DNA of 64,000 bases from Acidobacteriota bacterium (GTDB taxonomy: Bacteria > Acidobacteriota > Vicinamibacteria > Vicinamibacterales > SCN-69-37). Below the pieces are notes generated by a model. That model saw only the letters and a list, made by a program, of their open reading frames with translations. It was not told the origin of the DNA and did no database searches. Shown piece by piece: positions 28,333 through 38,898 of the stretch (the stretch's first letter is position 1; the number at the start of each line of letters is the position of its first letter). The stretch spans positions 26,558 to 90,557 of the forward strand of contig SHUF01000003.1 in assembly GCA_009694745.1 (NCBI GenBank). The letters are read 5' to 3'. Made by a program: the position numbers and the translations under genes.

Positions 28333-29231
28333 TGTCCGAACGAGTCTGCGTCATCGTCAATCCGGCCGCCGGCCGGGGGCGAGGCGCCCGGGAACTGCCC
28401 GGCGTTACAGCCGCATTTGCCGCGGTGGGCATCACCGACATTCGCACCACGCAGAAGCGCGAGGACGAACAGGCGATCGCCCGTCGCGCCATCGACGAAG
28501 GCGCCACCACGCTGGTGGCGGTCGGCGGTGACGGCACATGGGGCAACGTGGCCAACGCCATCCTCGGCTCGGGTGCGGGCAGTCAGGTGCGACTGGCGCT
28601 GGTTGCGGCCGGGACGGGCAACGACTTTGCGAAGACGGCCGGCTGCCCGGCCACGGACGCCGCGGCCACGGCCCGGTTCGTGGCCGAAGGCGTCGAGACC
28701 CGCGTGGATGTGGGCCGCATCGAAGATCACTTCTTCCTGAACATCACAGGCTTCGGGTTCGACGTGGCGGTGCTCGAAGACATTCTCAAGATCAAGTGGG
28801 TGAAGGGCGAGGCGCTGTATCTCTACTCGGCGCTGCGCCAGTTAACGTCCTACCCGGGCGTGGAGATCGACGTGGCGTCTGCGGCGAAGCAGCGCGGCTC
28901 GTCGCGGCACCTGATGCTGGTGATCGCGAACGCAAAGATTTTCGGCGGCAAGTTCCGCATCGCCCCTGAGGCATCGCTCACCGACGGTTGCCTCGACGCA
29001 GTGGCCATCCTCGACGCGTCCACGTGGCGCCGCGTGAACCTGTTTGGCGCGGTCGCGCGCGGCACCCATCACGCGCTCAGTGAAGTCATCATCGAACAGG
29101 CGCCGTCGTTTACGGTCCAGTTCTCGGGGCCCCCGGCGTATGAGACCGACGGGGAATACCGCCAGGCGAAAACGGCCGAACTGGAGATCGTGTGCGTACC
29201 TGGCGCACTGCGGCTGGTTGCGCCTGCATGA
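28332..29231 (+). CDS. DAG-kinase-catalytic-domain lipid kinase (YegS/BmrU/sphingosine-kinase-like)
   Basis: ATG shares one base with the upstream TGA. VCVIVNPAAGRGRG, VAVGGDGTWGNV, AAGTGNDFAK. Confidence 0.85.
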   Translation: MSERVCVIVNPAAGRGRGARELPGVTAAFAAVGITDIRTTQKREDEQAIARRAIDEGATTLVAVGGDGTWGNVANAILGSGAGSQVRLALVAAGTGNDFAKTAGCPATDAAATARFVAEGVETRVDVGRIEDHFFLNITGFGFDVAVLEDILKIKWVKGEALYLYSALRQLTSYPGVEIDVASAAKQRGSSRHLMLVIANAKIFGGKFRIAPEASLTDGCLDAVAILDASTWRRVNLFGAVARGTHHALSEVIIEQAPSFTVQFSGPPAYETDGEYRQAKTAELEIVCVPGALRLVAPA

Positions 29232-30445
29232 AAGCCATCAGTTTCGCCGCGCCGATTCCGACGTATCTCGCCACACAGGTCGCCGGAAGACTCTCGGAGC
29301 GCTGGCTCGTCGGACCTCACGCCTGCACACGCTACGCCGACGTCGCCACTCCTGACTTGCCCGGCCAGGATTGGGTGCGCATTCGCACCGTACTCGGCGG
29401 CATCTGCGGCAGCGACCTCGGCATCGTCGCCCTCGAGGCCAGTCCGTCCGCGTCGCCGTTTTCGAGTTTCCCGTTTGTCATCGGACACGAAAACGTCGGA
29501 GTGATCGAAGCCTGCGGCACAGGGGTGCTGGCGTTCGGCGTTGGCGATCGCGTCACAGTGAATCCGCTGCTGTGTTGCGAGCCGAGAGCCGTCACGCCGC
29601 CGTGTGATGCGTGTGCCACGGGCCACCACTCGCGCTGCGCCCACTTCACTGACGGGGCCCTGGCACCGGGGATGTTCATCGGCACCACGCGCGCGCTGGG
29701 CGGCAGCTGGGGCGAGCAATTCGTGGCACACCAGTCGCAGTTGCTTCGCGTGCCCAACGCGGTCAGCGACACCGCTGCCGTCATGACCGAACCTTTTGCG
29801 TGTTGTGTGCATGCGGTCCGCGGCGCCATCCCTGAAGCTGGGCAACACGTGCTGGTGATTGGCGCCGGCACCATGGGCTTGCTGATGGTGGCCGCGCTCA
29901 AGGCGCTGGCGCCCGGCTGCCGGGTTACGGCGCTGGCGCGACATCCCTTTCAAGCGCGTCATGCCGAACAGCTCGGCGCGACCCGAACGGTGATGGCGGG
30001 GGGCGACTACCTCGGCGAACTCGCCGAAGTGGCCGGCACGCGGCTCCTGAAGCCCATCCTGGGCCGGCCCATCGGCATCGGCGGGTTTGATGCCGTGTTT
30101 GTGTGCATCAGCAGCGCCCGCGGCGTGGAAGACGCGATGCGCTTCGCGCGCGCCGGCGCAACGATCGTTCTGCTTGGCAACGCGACCACACTGCGCGGCC
30201 TCGACTGGACGCCCCTATGGATCAAGGAACTGACGTTCCGCGGCACGCTGGCGTACGGCAGTCACGGACACGGCGGCGCCAGCGTCAATGCGTTCAACGA
30301 AGCCGCCGCGCTCATCGCCGAAGGCCGGGCGCCCATTGGCGGCCTGGTCACTCACCAGTTTCCGCTCGCGAAGTACCAGGACGCGCTTCAAATGGCGCGC
30401 GCCAAAGGCTCCGGCGAAAGCGTCAAAGTCGCGTTCCGGTTTTAG
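29228..30445 (+). CDS. Zn-dependent medium-chain dehydrogenase/reductase
   Basis: ATGA overlap with the kinase gene. [14 protein letters not shown], Cys-rich structural-Zn loop [12 protein letters not shown], Rossmann [11 protein letters not shown]. Confidence 0.85.
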   Translation: MKAISFAAPIPTYLATQVAGRLSERWLVGPHACTRYADVATPDLPGQDWVRIRTVLGGICGSDLGIVALEASPSASPFSSFPFVIGHENVGVIEACGTGVLAFGVGDRVTVNPLLCCEPRAVTPPCDACATGHHSRCAHFTDGALAPGMFIGTTRALGGSWGEQFVAHQSQLLRVPNAVSDTAAVMTEPFACCVHAVRGAIPEAGQHVLVIGAGTMGLLMVAALKALAPGCRVTALARHPFQARHAEQLGATRTVMAGGDYLGELAEVAGTRLLKPILGRPIGIGGFDAVFVCISSARGVEDAMRFARAGATIVLLGNATTLRGLDWTPLWIKELTFRGTLAYGSHGHGGASVNAFNEAAALIAEGRAPIGGLVTHQFPLAKYQDALQMARAKGSGESVKVAFRF

Positions 30446-32112
30446 CCGCGCCAGGTGTCTTTGAGCGTCACGGTGCGATTGAAGACCGGGCGAGCGACGG
30501 TGCTGTCTTTGTCGGCGCAAAAATAGCCGAGGCGCTCAAACTGAAATCGCGCGCCTGCTACAGGCGAGGCCAGGGACGGCTCCAGCTTGCAACCCGTGAG
30601 CACTTCGCGTGCGTTCGGATTGATCTGGGTGAGGAAGTCTGCGTCGCCAGTTCCGGGCGTTTCGTGGGTGAACAGCCTGTCGTACAGCCGCACGTCGGCA
30701 TCCACCGCGTGCGCGGCCGACACCCAGTGCAGCGTGCCCTTCACCTTGCGCCCATCGGGCACATCACCCCCGCGCGTGGCAGGGTCGTAGGTGCAGCGTA
30801 GTTCCACGACATTGCCGTCCACGTCCTTAACCGCCTCGCGGCACGTGATGAGATACGCCCCACGCAGCCGCGCTTCCCGGCCCGGCGCCAGGCGGAAGAA
30901 CTTCTTCGCCGGTTCTTCCATGAAGTCATCGCGCTCGATGTAGATCTCGCGCCCGAACGGCACATGCCTGGTGCCCATCGCCGGATTGTCGGGATGGCTG
31001 GCCACTTCGAACGTGTCGGTCTGCCCTTCGGGGTAATTCTCGATGACGACCTTCAGTGGCCGCAGGACCGCCATCGCACGGGGCGCGCGCGTGTTCAGAT
31101 CTTCGCGGACGCAAAACTCCAGCAGCCCAACGTCGATCATGTTTTCGCGTTTGGCGACGCCGATCTCCTCGCAGAACCGGCGGATCGCCTCGGGCGTGAA
31201 GCCTCGGCGTCGCAAGCCCGAGATCGTCGGCATGCGTGGGTCATCCCACCCGTCCACGTGCCCTTCAGTCACCAGTTGCATCAGCTTGCGCTTGCTCATG
31301 ACGGTGTAGGTCAGGTTCAGCCGCGCGAACTCAATCTGCCGCGGCTGTGCCTCCAGCCCGGTGACGTTGGCGATCAACCAGTCGTAGAGAGGGCGATGGT
31401 CTTCAAACTCCAGCGTGCACAGTGAGTGCGTGATGCGCTCGAGCGCATCCGAGAGCGGATGCGCGTAGTCGTACATCGGATACAGGCACCACGCATCGCC
31501 CGTCCGGTGATGATGGGCGCGACGCACACGATACAAGATCGGATCGCGCATGGTGATGTTGGGCGACGCCATGTCGATCTTCGCGCGAAGGACGAGCGCC
31601 CCGTCGGCAAACTCCCTCGCCCGCATGCGCGCAAACAGGTCCAGGCTCTCAGCCACCGGCCTGTGGCGATGCGGACTCTCGCGACCCGGTTCCCGCAATG
31701 TGCCCCGATACTCGCGAATTTCGTCAGCAGTCAGGCCGTCCACATAGGCCTTGCCGTCCTGAATCAACTGCACCGCGCACGCGTACAGGCGCTCGAAGTA
31801 ATCGGACGCGTAGAAGAGGCGGTCCTGCCAGTCGAAGCCCAGCCACCGGACATCCGCCTGGATGGAGTCAACATATTCGGTCTCTTCCGTCTCGGGATTG
31901 GTGTCGTCAAACCTGAGGTTGCAGGCACCTTCGAAGTCGCGGGCGACGCCGAAATTGAGGCAGATGGACTTGGCATGCCCGATGTGCAGGTAGCCGTTGG
32001 GCTCCGGAGGGAACCTGGTGGCCACGCGGCCGCCATTGGTGCCGGCCGCGTTGTCGGCAGAGACGATGTCGCGAATAAAGTCGAGGCGCGCTGCCTCGGC
32101 GGGAACGGTCAT
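30442..32112 (-). CDS. glnS: Glutaminyl-tRNA synthetase
   Basis: [24 protein letters not shown] (HIGH), VMSKRKL (KMSKS). ATG 32112 aligns with the E. coli GlnRS N terminus. The stop overlaps the convergent dehydrogenase stop by 4 nt. Confidence 0.95.
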   Translation of the reverse strand: MTVPAEAARLDFIRDIVSADNAAGTNGGRVATRFPPEPNGYLHIGHAKSICLNFGVARDFEGACNLRFDDTNPETEETEYVDSIQADVRWLGFDWQDRLFYASDYFERLYACAVQLIQDGKAYVDGLTADEIREYRGTLREPGRESPHRHRPVAESLDLFARMRAREFADGALVLRAKIDMASPNITMRDPILYRVRRAHHHRTGDAWCLYPMYDYAHPLSDALERITHSLCTLEFEDHRPLYDWLIANVTGLEAQPRQIEFARLNLTYTVMSKRKLMQLVTEGHVDGWDDPRMPTISGLRRRGFTPEAIRRFCEEIGVAKRENMIDVGLLEFCVREDLNTRAPRAMAVLRPLKVVIENYPEGQTDTFEVASHPDNPAMGTRHVPFGREIYIERDDFMEEPAKKFFRLAPGREARLRGAYLITCREAVKDVDGNVVELRCTYDPATRGGDVPDGRKVKGTLHWVSAAHAVDADVRLYDRLFTHETPGTGDADFLTQINPNAREVLTGCKLEPSLASPVAGARFQFERLGYFCADKDSTVARPVFNRTVTLKDTWRG

Positions 32113-32118
32113 GTCGTC

Positions 32119-32124
32119 ATTGTA
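32119..32124 (-). promoter_or_regulatory. -10-like box TACAAT, 6 nt upstream of glnS ATG (leaderless geometry)
   Basis: Minus strand reads gcaatcTACAATgacgacATGacc. Confidence 0.4.
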
Positions 32125-32162
32125 GATTGCGCATGGCAAGATAGGGCAACAGTCCGCCGCCT

Positions 32163-35100
32163 ATGCCCGTCCGCTCCCACCAACTGCTCCGCCGCATCGT
32201 CGTCATTCGCCCGGGCGAAGGGGTGACGGCGTGGCTGATGTTCACGTACTCCTTCCTGGTCATGACGGCCTACAACATCGTCAAGCCGATCACCTGATCG
32301 AAGGCCATCAGCGCGCTGGGCGCCGACAACCTGCCGTACGTCTTGATGGGCGCCGCCATCATCATCGGCACGCTGATGCACCTGTACGGGCGCAGCACCG
32401 CCCGGCTGCCGAGGCGCATGGTGGCTCCGGCCACGCAGGCCGGGCTGGCCGTGTTGCTCGTCGCGTTCTAGGTGCTGTTCCGCACCAGAGCGGCATGGGT
32501 CTCTGCGGCGTTTTTGGTGTTTGGCCTCATCTTCGGCTTGCTGCTGGTGAGCCAGTTCTGGACCCTGGCCAACGAGATCTACGACTCGCGTCAGGCCCGG
32601 CGGCTCTTCGGGTTCATTGGTGGCAGCGTGAGCCTGGGCGGCATCACCGGGGCGGCCGTCACGATATTCGCGGTCAGTTCGCTTGGCTCCGACTATCTGG
32701 CGCTGCTCAGCGCCGTCGTGCTGCTGCTCTGCGCGGCCATCGTGGTGGTGATTGGTCGGCGACAACCGGCGGTGGACGACACGCCACTCGTGACCGGCGA
32801 ACCTGAGCCCGACAGGCACGACGCGTAACGGTTGTTACTCGGATTGCGCCACCTCCAACTCATCGCGCTCGTCGTCGGCGTCGCCGCGCTCGGTGCCGTC
32901 TTCGTCGAACAGTAGCTCAACATAGCCGTGGCTGAAAGCGGGGCCACAACCGCCGACATCACCCGCTACCTCGGCCGGGTCACGATGTTCCTGTCGATGG
33001 CCGGACTAGTGGTGCAGGTCGGGCTGACGAGCCGATTGCACCGGACGTACGGTCTGGCCGCGTCTCTGCTCTTGCTGCCGATCGTCCTGGGCGCCAGCAC
33101 TGTGGTCATCTTGGCCACAGGAGCCGTGTGGGCGGCGGCTCTGGCGCGGGTGCTCGATACGTCGTTGCGATACACGGTGGACCGCACCACTCGTGAAGTG
33201 TTGTTCCTGCCGCTTCCAGTGGACCTCACCCAACGGGCCAAACCGTTTGTTGATGTCACCGTCGATCGCATTGCGAAGGGCATCGGCGCGGTGCTGCTGC
33301 TGGTGCTCATCAAGCCGTGGGGTCTCGGTCTGGCCTGGCACCAACTGGGTTACGCCAACCTGATCATCGTGGCAGCGTAAATCGGCCTTGCACTCGCGGC
33401 ACACCGCGAATACCTCAATATGTTCCGGCGCAAAATGCACACAGGCGCCATCCAGCCCGCGGCAGTGAGGTTCGACATCGCCGACAGTCGCACCATTGCC
33501 CTGCTTGTCAGTGAATTGTGGTCGGCGAAAGATGCGTCGGTGGTGTACGCCATCGACATGCTCGAGACGGTGGGCCGCCCCGACGTGCTGCCAGCGTCTC
33601 TGTTATCGCATCAGTCGGGCAACGTACGGGCACGAGCGCTCCTCGCACTGGAACGGAGCGAGTCCGCCGACACCGAGTCGATGCTGCCGATCGTGCGACG
33701 GCTCATGACCGATTCCGAAGCCGACGTGCGCGCCGCTGCGGTGCGAGCCCTGGCCGCGTTGCAACAGGACTCCGAGCGGTCATCGCTTCGTCCCCACCTG
33801 GCCGATCCGTCACCGGCCGTGGCCGCAGCCGCCGCGGTGGAGCTCGCCGACGCGGGCGTGGCAGACGATGAGTCGGCGGCTGAGGCAGCGCTGGCGCGAA
33901 TCATCGCGGATCCGGATGATCCCGCGGGCCGCCGCCACGCTGCCGCGGCCCTGGCGCGCATCCGCAATCCGGCGTTCCGCATCCTGCTCGTGCCGCTCAT
34001 TCATGACCCTGACGAGTCGGTGGCGCGCGAGGCGATCAAAAGCGCGGGCGCGCGAGGCAGTGTGGACGCGCTACTGGTGCCGGCGCTGGTGTCGCGACTG
34101 GGGCATCGCACGCTCAAGCAGCCGGCGCGTGAAGCGTTGGCGGCGTCGGGCGAAGCGGTCGTGGGCGTGCTGACGCATGTGATGGCCGATCCGCACGAGC
34201 ACGTATGGGTGCGGCGCCATGTGCCGGCCACACTGCAGGCCATCCCCTGCCAGCAGTCGGTGGACGCGCTGGTGACGGCGCTTGATGACCCCGACAGCTT
34301 TCTACGGTTCAAGAGCGTGATGGCAATCGAGCGGCTGCAGCGGGCGCACCCCGAGTTGCAGGTGCCATCGGGCGTGATCGAGGCGCGACTGCTGCGCGAG
34401 GCGGCGCACTACTGCGATCGGCTCACCCTGAGGCAAAACTTGATAGAGCGCGATACCGAAAGCGCCGGCACACTGCTGGTGCGTGCACTCGACGACAAGC
34501 TCACCTGCAGCCTAGACCGCATCTTCCGGCTGCTGGGCCTGCGCTACTCGGCCACCGAGCCCGCAGCGCTGGCGTTTGAAGAGGTACTGGAAGGGTCGCC
34601 GATGGCCACGACGATCACGGCCACGAGCCGGATCGCCACGCTGTCGATGACACCGAACGAATTCCTGGCGTTGCTTTCCGAGAATGTCGGCCTGGCGGGT
34701 GGCCTGTTCCGACAGGCGATCAGTTCCCGGGGCCTGGGCGCAGGGCGAACCCTGGTTCGCGGACAGCGGCCCTCGCGTGAGGGCGCCGCAACCGGCGAAC
34801 TCGGTGCGGTGGATCGCCTGCTCGTGCTGCAGTCGAGTCCGCTTCTGGCGCACGCCACGACGGCCCAGTTGTGGAGCCTGTCGCAGATCGCCAGGCAAGT
34901 GACCCTTGCGGCCGGTGCAGAACCCGTCAAGTCCGACACCGGGCCGTCGATGCTGTTTGTGCTGACCGGCACCCTGCGGGTGGACCAGGGCGGCGCCTCC
35001 GCCATGGCTGCAGCCGGCGACGTGATCGGCGTCCATGAGACACTGGCCGGCACCCGGATCGAGGCGACCGTGACGGTCGTGGAGCCGGCCACGCTGCTGA

Positions 35101-35189
35101 AGCTCGACCGGGACGAGCTGTTTGAACTGCTGGCCGACCACACGGACTTGCTGCAAGGGCTGTTTTCGAAACTGGTTCGTCAGTCGTAA
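32163..35189 (+). pseudogene. TLC (ATP/ADP-translocase-like) transporter fused to HEAT repeats and a cyclic-nucleotide-binding domain, with five in-frame stops
   Basis: A single frame runs from ATG 32163 to 35189. Stops: TGA 32295 (KPIT*SK, family has R), TAG 32469 (VAF*VLF, family has W), TAA 32826, TAG 32913 (VEQ*LN, family has Q) and TAA 33378. The flanking sequence stays family-like throughout (SQFWTLANEIYD..AKRLFGFIGG-like block, HEAT repeats, cNMP-like C terminus). Confidence 0.8.
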
Positions 35190-35219
35190 TACGGGGCGCT
35201 GCCTCCTGGAGGAAGTGTT

Positions 35220-36040
35220 ATGAGAGCGATCGTTGCGCGTATAGGTGTCATCGTTGTCTTGAGCGCGACGGCGTTGATGGCCCAGGCTGCACCGCAGAGT
35301 GCGGCCGTCTACCAGGGTCAGGCTGCGGAGGACTTCCTCACGAATGCTCGAATCGTTTCGACGCGACCGATTGGGGAAGGTGTGACTCGCCCGTTCCGTG
35401 TCACGCTCGATCTGAACGGGGTGCCTGGCCAGGGTATCTTCAAGTCGATTGACGAGCGCAAGGCTGGTGTCACAACTTTGGCCGATGGGTCATCGGAGAT
35501 TGATTTTCAGGATAGCTGGCAGACTGAGGTCGCCGGCTATCTTCTTGACCGCATGATCGGGCTCGAGATGGTGCCCGCGACCGTCAAACGCCGCGTGGAT
35601 GGCAAGGTCGGATCGCTGCAATGGTTTGTTCCGGGGATGATCCCGGAGGCGGAGCGGCTTGAGAAGAAGATGTCGCCGCCCAACCTGGACGACTGGAACG
35701 AGAGGTCTTCAAGGTTCGCCTGTTTGACGAACTCCTCTTCAACGCCGACCGTCACCTCAAGAACATTCAGGTCACCGGTGACTTCAACATCCGCCTGATC
35801 GATCATTCCCGCACATTCAGGATCAATCGTGCGCTGAAAAAGCCAGATACCCTGCAGAAGTTCTCGCGCTCCCTGCTCGACCGAATCGCAAAGCTGGAGA
35901 AGAAGAGGCTGCAGGCTCGCTTGGGCGAGTACCTGACCGGAGGCCAGATTGAACGGGTGCTTCAGCGCCGCGACGCGATCCTTGCGCTCGCAAAAAAGCG
36001 CGTGGCGGAGCAGGGCGAGGCGGCGGTCCTTTACAGGTAG
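35220..36040 (+). pseudogene. Secreted PI3/PI4-kinase-like (DRHxxN) protein with a 1-nt frameshift
   Basis: GGAGGAAG RBS and signal peptide. Frame 0 reads ...PPNLDDWNE then nonsense. From about 35703, the frame offset by one base reads VFKVRLFDELLFNADRHLKNIQV...LIDHSRTF... to TAG 36038..36040. Restoring one base (gag-Cag-gtc) joins the two parts. Confidence 0.65.
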
Positions 36041-36045
36041 GGTCC

Positions 36046-36172
36046 AGAGTCCAGGGTCCAGGGTCCGGAAAAAGAAACGGGGGTGGCAGTGTGAACTGCC
36101 ACCCCCGATGTGTGTACGGCTCGGACTTCAGGACTAGGGGACCAGAACTCTGGACCCTGGACCCTGGACTCT
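36046..36172. repeat. Perfect 21-bp inverted repeat built from GGGTCCA-type heptamers, flanking a terminator hairpin
   Basis: AGAGTCCAGGGTCCAGGGTCC (36046..36066) is the exact reverse complement of 36152..36172. The right arm overlaps the stop codon of the OMP gene. Confidence 0.9.
36079..36106 (-). terminator. Rho-independent terminator hairpin (11-bp GC stem, U-run on the minus strand)
   Basis: GGGGGTGGCAG-tgtgaa-CTGCCACCCCC, preceded on the plus strand by AAAAAGAAA (a T-run for the minus-strand transcript). Confidence 0.75.
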
Positions 36173-38888
36173 AGAAGCTCCAGCGTCCCCCGAAGGTGAA
36201 CTGTCGCGGTTGATTGAGGGCCGTGACGCCACCCAGGAACACGGCCGTCCCAGCGATGGATGCCGACGGATTGCGCGCCTGCACACCCGTCTGGAACCCG
36301 GTGTTGAGGAGGTTTTCGGCATCCACATACAGGCCGAAGCGATTCGCGCCCACGTTGAACACCTTCTCCAGCCGCAGATCGAGCAACTGCTGTTTTTCGA
36401 GACGGCGGTTGCCCCGCGGTTCGAGCAACAGATCGATGCTCCCGGTCCAGTTAAACGTGCTGGCGGAAACGCGCTGGAACGGCGTCCATGGCACGCCGCT
36501 CAAGACGATGTAGTAGACATTGGCCGAGACCTCGATCACAGGAATCTGATAGCCGGCAAAGGCCTTGAATTCATGTGTCCGGTCGAAGCCCACCAGGCCG
36601 TCGGTGTTGACGTGCACCGTGTTCGGCGTCTGGAACTGGCCGCTCGAAATGCCGGACGTCGCGCTATTCGTGACAGTGCCATTCGTCTCGGAGTAGACGT
36701 AGGAAATCTGCGCCTGCCACCGGTTCGAATACGCACGTGTCAGCACAAACATGCCGCCGTTGTACTCTCGGTAGGCATTCGCTGTGGGCGCGCCGCTGTA
36801 CGCGAAGTTGTCCACGTTCCCGATCTGGAAACGCTGATCGGACGTGCGGTTCGCCCACCGGTAAATGGTCTCGACCTTCCCATTCAACGGATTCGTGTAG
36901 TTGGCTGATGTCCACTGGGCACCAACCACCGTGGCGTTGATGAAGTTCTTCGCGTCGCGCCGGATGTACGTGGCCGTCGCCTTCAGGCCCCGACCCAACT
37001 CGCGCTCAAAGGCCACACTGATTTCATCCGTCCGGGGATGGTCCAGATCCTTGAGCACGGTGTACTTGCTGGCGCCCGAGATGCGGTCGATCTCTTTCAC
37101 CTTGGTGTTGGCAATGGTTCCGGTCGCTTCATAGATGATGTAGTCGCCGATGCCTGGCAGGGCATTGGACCACGACGCAAACACCGCGCCGTCGTAGAGC
37201 TGCCCGTAATACGCGCGCAGCACCGACTTGCCATCGCCCCCGACGTCAAACGCCAGACCCAGGCGGGGCGCGATCGGCGCCACGTCGTAGTAGGTCTTGT
37301 TGTCCGAGGTCCCGACACCCTTGATCCGGTCCATCCGCGCACCAATGTTGGCGGTGAGCCGGCCCAGTTGCCACTGGTCCTGCGCGAAGAAGGACATGCG
37401 GTCGTTACGGCCCTTGACGTCGTACTGGTACGCATACGCCAGATACGGCGCGCCGCCGTAGTCGTAGAAAAACAGGCCGTCCGTATACGCGAACCGGTTA
37501 CGGATGTTGCTGCGCTCAATTTCCACGCCAAACTTGAACGCGTGGGTGCCCTTCGCTTCCACATACTTCGCCAGCGACGCGTTGAGCTGATTGCGCGTGC
37601 GGTCGTACTGCGCGCTGTATCCCGCGCCACCGCTGTACGCACCTGAATCGCCGTCCAGACGCGCCGACGTCGGCGTCAGAGGATCGAGGTCAAAGTAACC
37701 CCAGTACCCAAGCAGCTTCACCTCGAAGAGCCCGCTGTTGCCCAGCACCCGGCGGTACTGGCCGTTCCAGGTCCATTCGGGAGAATCCTGCTGCACCACG
37801 CGCGCGTCGGTGGTGCCGTTGACACCACCCAGGCCGGTTCGTCCACCCTGGTTGTACTGGTCGTACTGGAAGGACGCGACAAGGTTGTCAGACACCGTCG
37901 GCTGCAACGTAAGCTTGCCATTAAAGCGCGGGCTGACTTCCGTCCGCAGCGTCCGCGGGCCATCCGGGTCCTGCTTAATCGCGTACCGCTGAACGCTGGC
38001 GAAGAAAAACGCCTTGTTCTGGCGCAGCGGGCCACCCAGCTGCACGGTGTAGTCCTTGAGGCTGTCCACACCAGTGGCCTTGATCGACGGATTGACCTTC
38101 GTCACCGCCGCAGACACGTTGTTGCCACGGAATTTCTTGCCCGTGTACCGCTGCTCGAACAGGCCCGTAAACCGGTTGCCGCCCGACTTGGTCACCGTGT
38201 TGATCACCGCGCCCGTGAAGCCGCCGTACTCGGCCGACTGGCCCAACGACCCGATGTGCACCTGGTCGATGATGTTGTAGTTGAAGAACACCCACGCCGT
38301 GCCGGCTTCAGGGTCACGCACGTCGACGCCGTCAACCATGAGCGAGTTGGCCGAGCCGGACGCGCCGCCGAACGCCGAGCTGCTGTTGATGCCCGGCGCA
38401 TAGTTCAACATGCTCACGGCCGGATTGGCGCGCGAAATTGGCATGTTGAACAGCAGGTCCTGCGAGATGGTCGTATCAGTGGCCGTGGTCGTGGTGTCCA
38501 CCTTGGTCGTCGACCCGACGACGGTGATCGCCTCAGTCACGCCGCCCAGTTCCAGCGTGAGCTTGAGATCGACCGTCTTGCCGATGGTGATGTCCAGATT
38601 AGACTGAATTCTCGGCTTGAAACCGTTCAGCATCGTCCGCACTTCATAGGTGCCGGTATTGAGGCCCAGGAAGCGGAACGAACCCAGCGCATCCGTGGTC
38701 TGGTTCGCCTGGCCGAATCGGCTGCTCAAGGTAACCACAACGCCGGGAAGCGCGCCCCCCTGCCCGTCGGTCACTTGGCCGGCAATGGTGCCGGTCATCG
38801 TCTGCGCCGACACACTCGTCGCCGAGAGCGCCAGCAACAACGCTGCTGCGCTGATGCCCAATCGTGAAAATAGTCTCTGGATTGTCAT
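36171..38888 (-). CDS. TonB-dependent-receptor-like outer-membrane protein with carboxypeptidase-regulatory-like domain
   Basis: 905 aa. Signal peptide ...SATSVSAQ. GTIAGQVTDGQGGALPGVVVTL...GTYEV. C terminus ...FTFGGRWSF. Confidence 0.85.
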   Translation of the reverse strand: MTIQRLFSRLGISAAALLLALSATSVSAQTMTGTIAGQVTDGQGGALPGVVVTLSSRFGQANQTTDALGSFRFLGLNTGTYEVRTMLNGFKPRIQSNLDITIGKTVDLKLTLELGGVTEAITVVGSTTKVDTTTTATDTTISQDLLFNMPISRANPAVSMLNYAPGINSSSAFGGASGSANSLMVDGVDVRDPEAGTAWVFFNYNIIDQVHIGSLGQSAEYGGFTGAVINTVTKSGGNRFTGLFEQRYTGKKFRGNNVSAAVTKVNPSIKATGVDSLKDYTVQLGGPLRQNKAFFFASVQRYAIKQDPDGPRTLRTEVSPRFNGKLTLQPTVSDNLVASFQYDQYNQGGRTGLGGVNGTTDARVVQQDSPEWTWNGQYRRVLGNSGLFEVKLLGYWGYFDLDPLTPTSARLDGDSGAYSGGAGYSAQYDRTRNQLNASLAKYVEAKGTHAFKFGVEIERSNIRNRFAYTDGLFFYDYGGAPYLAYAYQYDVKGRNDRMSFFAQDQWQLGRLTANIGARMDRIKGVGTSDNKTYYDVAPIAPRLGLAFDVGGDGKSVLRAYYGQLYDGAVFASWSNALPGIGDYIIYEATGTIANTKVKEIDRISGASKYTVLKDLDHPRTDEISVAFERELGRGLKATATYIRRDAKNFINATVVGAQWTSANYTNPLNGKVETIYRWANRTSDQRFQIGNVDNFAYSGAPTANAYREYNGGMFVLTRAYSNRWQAQISYVYSETNGTVTNSATSGISSGQFQTPNTVHVNTDGLVGFDRTHEFKAFAGYQIPVIEVSANVYYIVLSGVPWTPFQRVSASTFNWTGSIDLLLEPRGNRRLEKQQLLDLRLEKVFNVGANRFGLYVDAENLLNTGFQTGVQARNPSASIAGTAVFLGGVTALNQPRQFTFGGRWSF

Positions 38889-38898
38889 GTGGCAGCTC

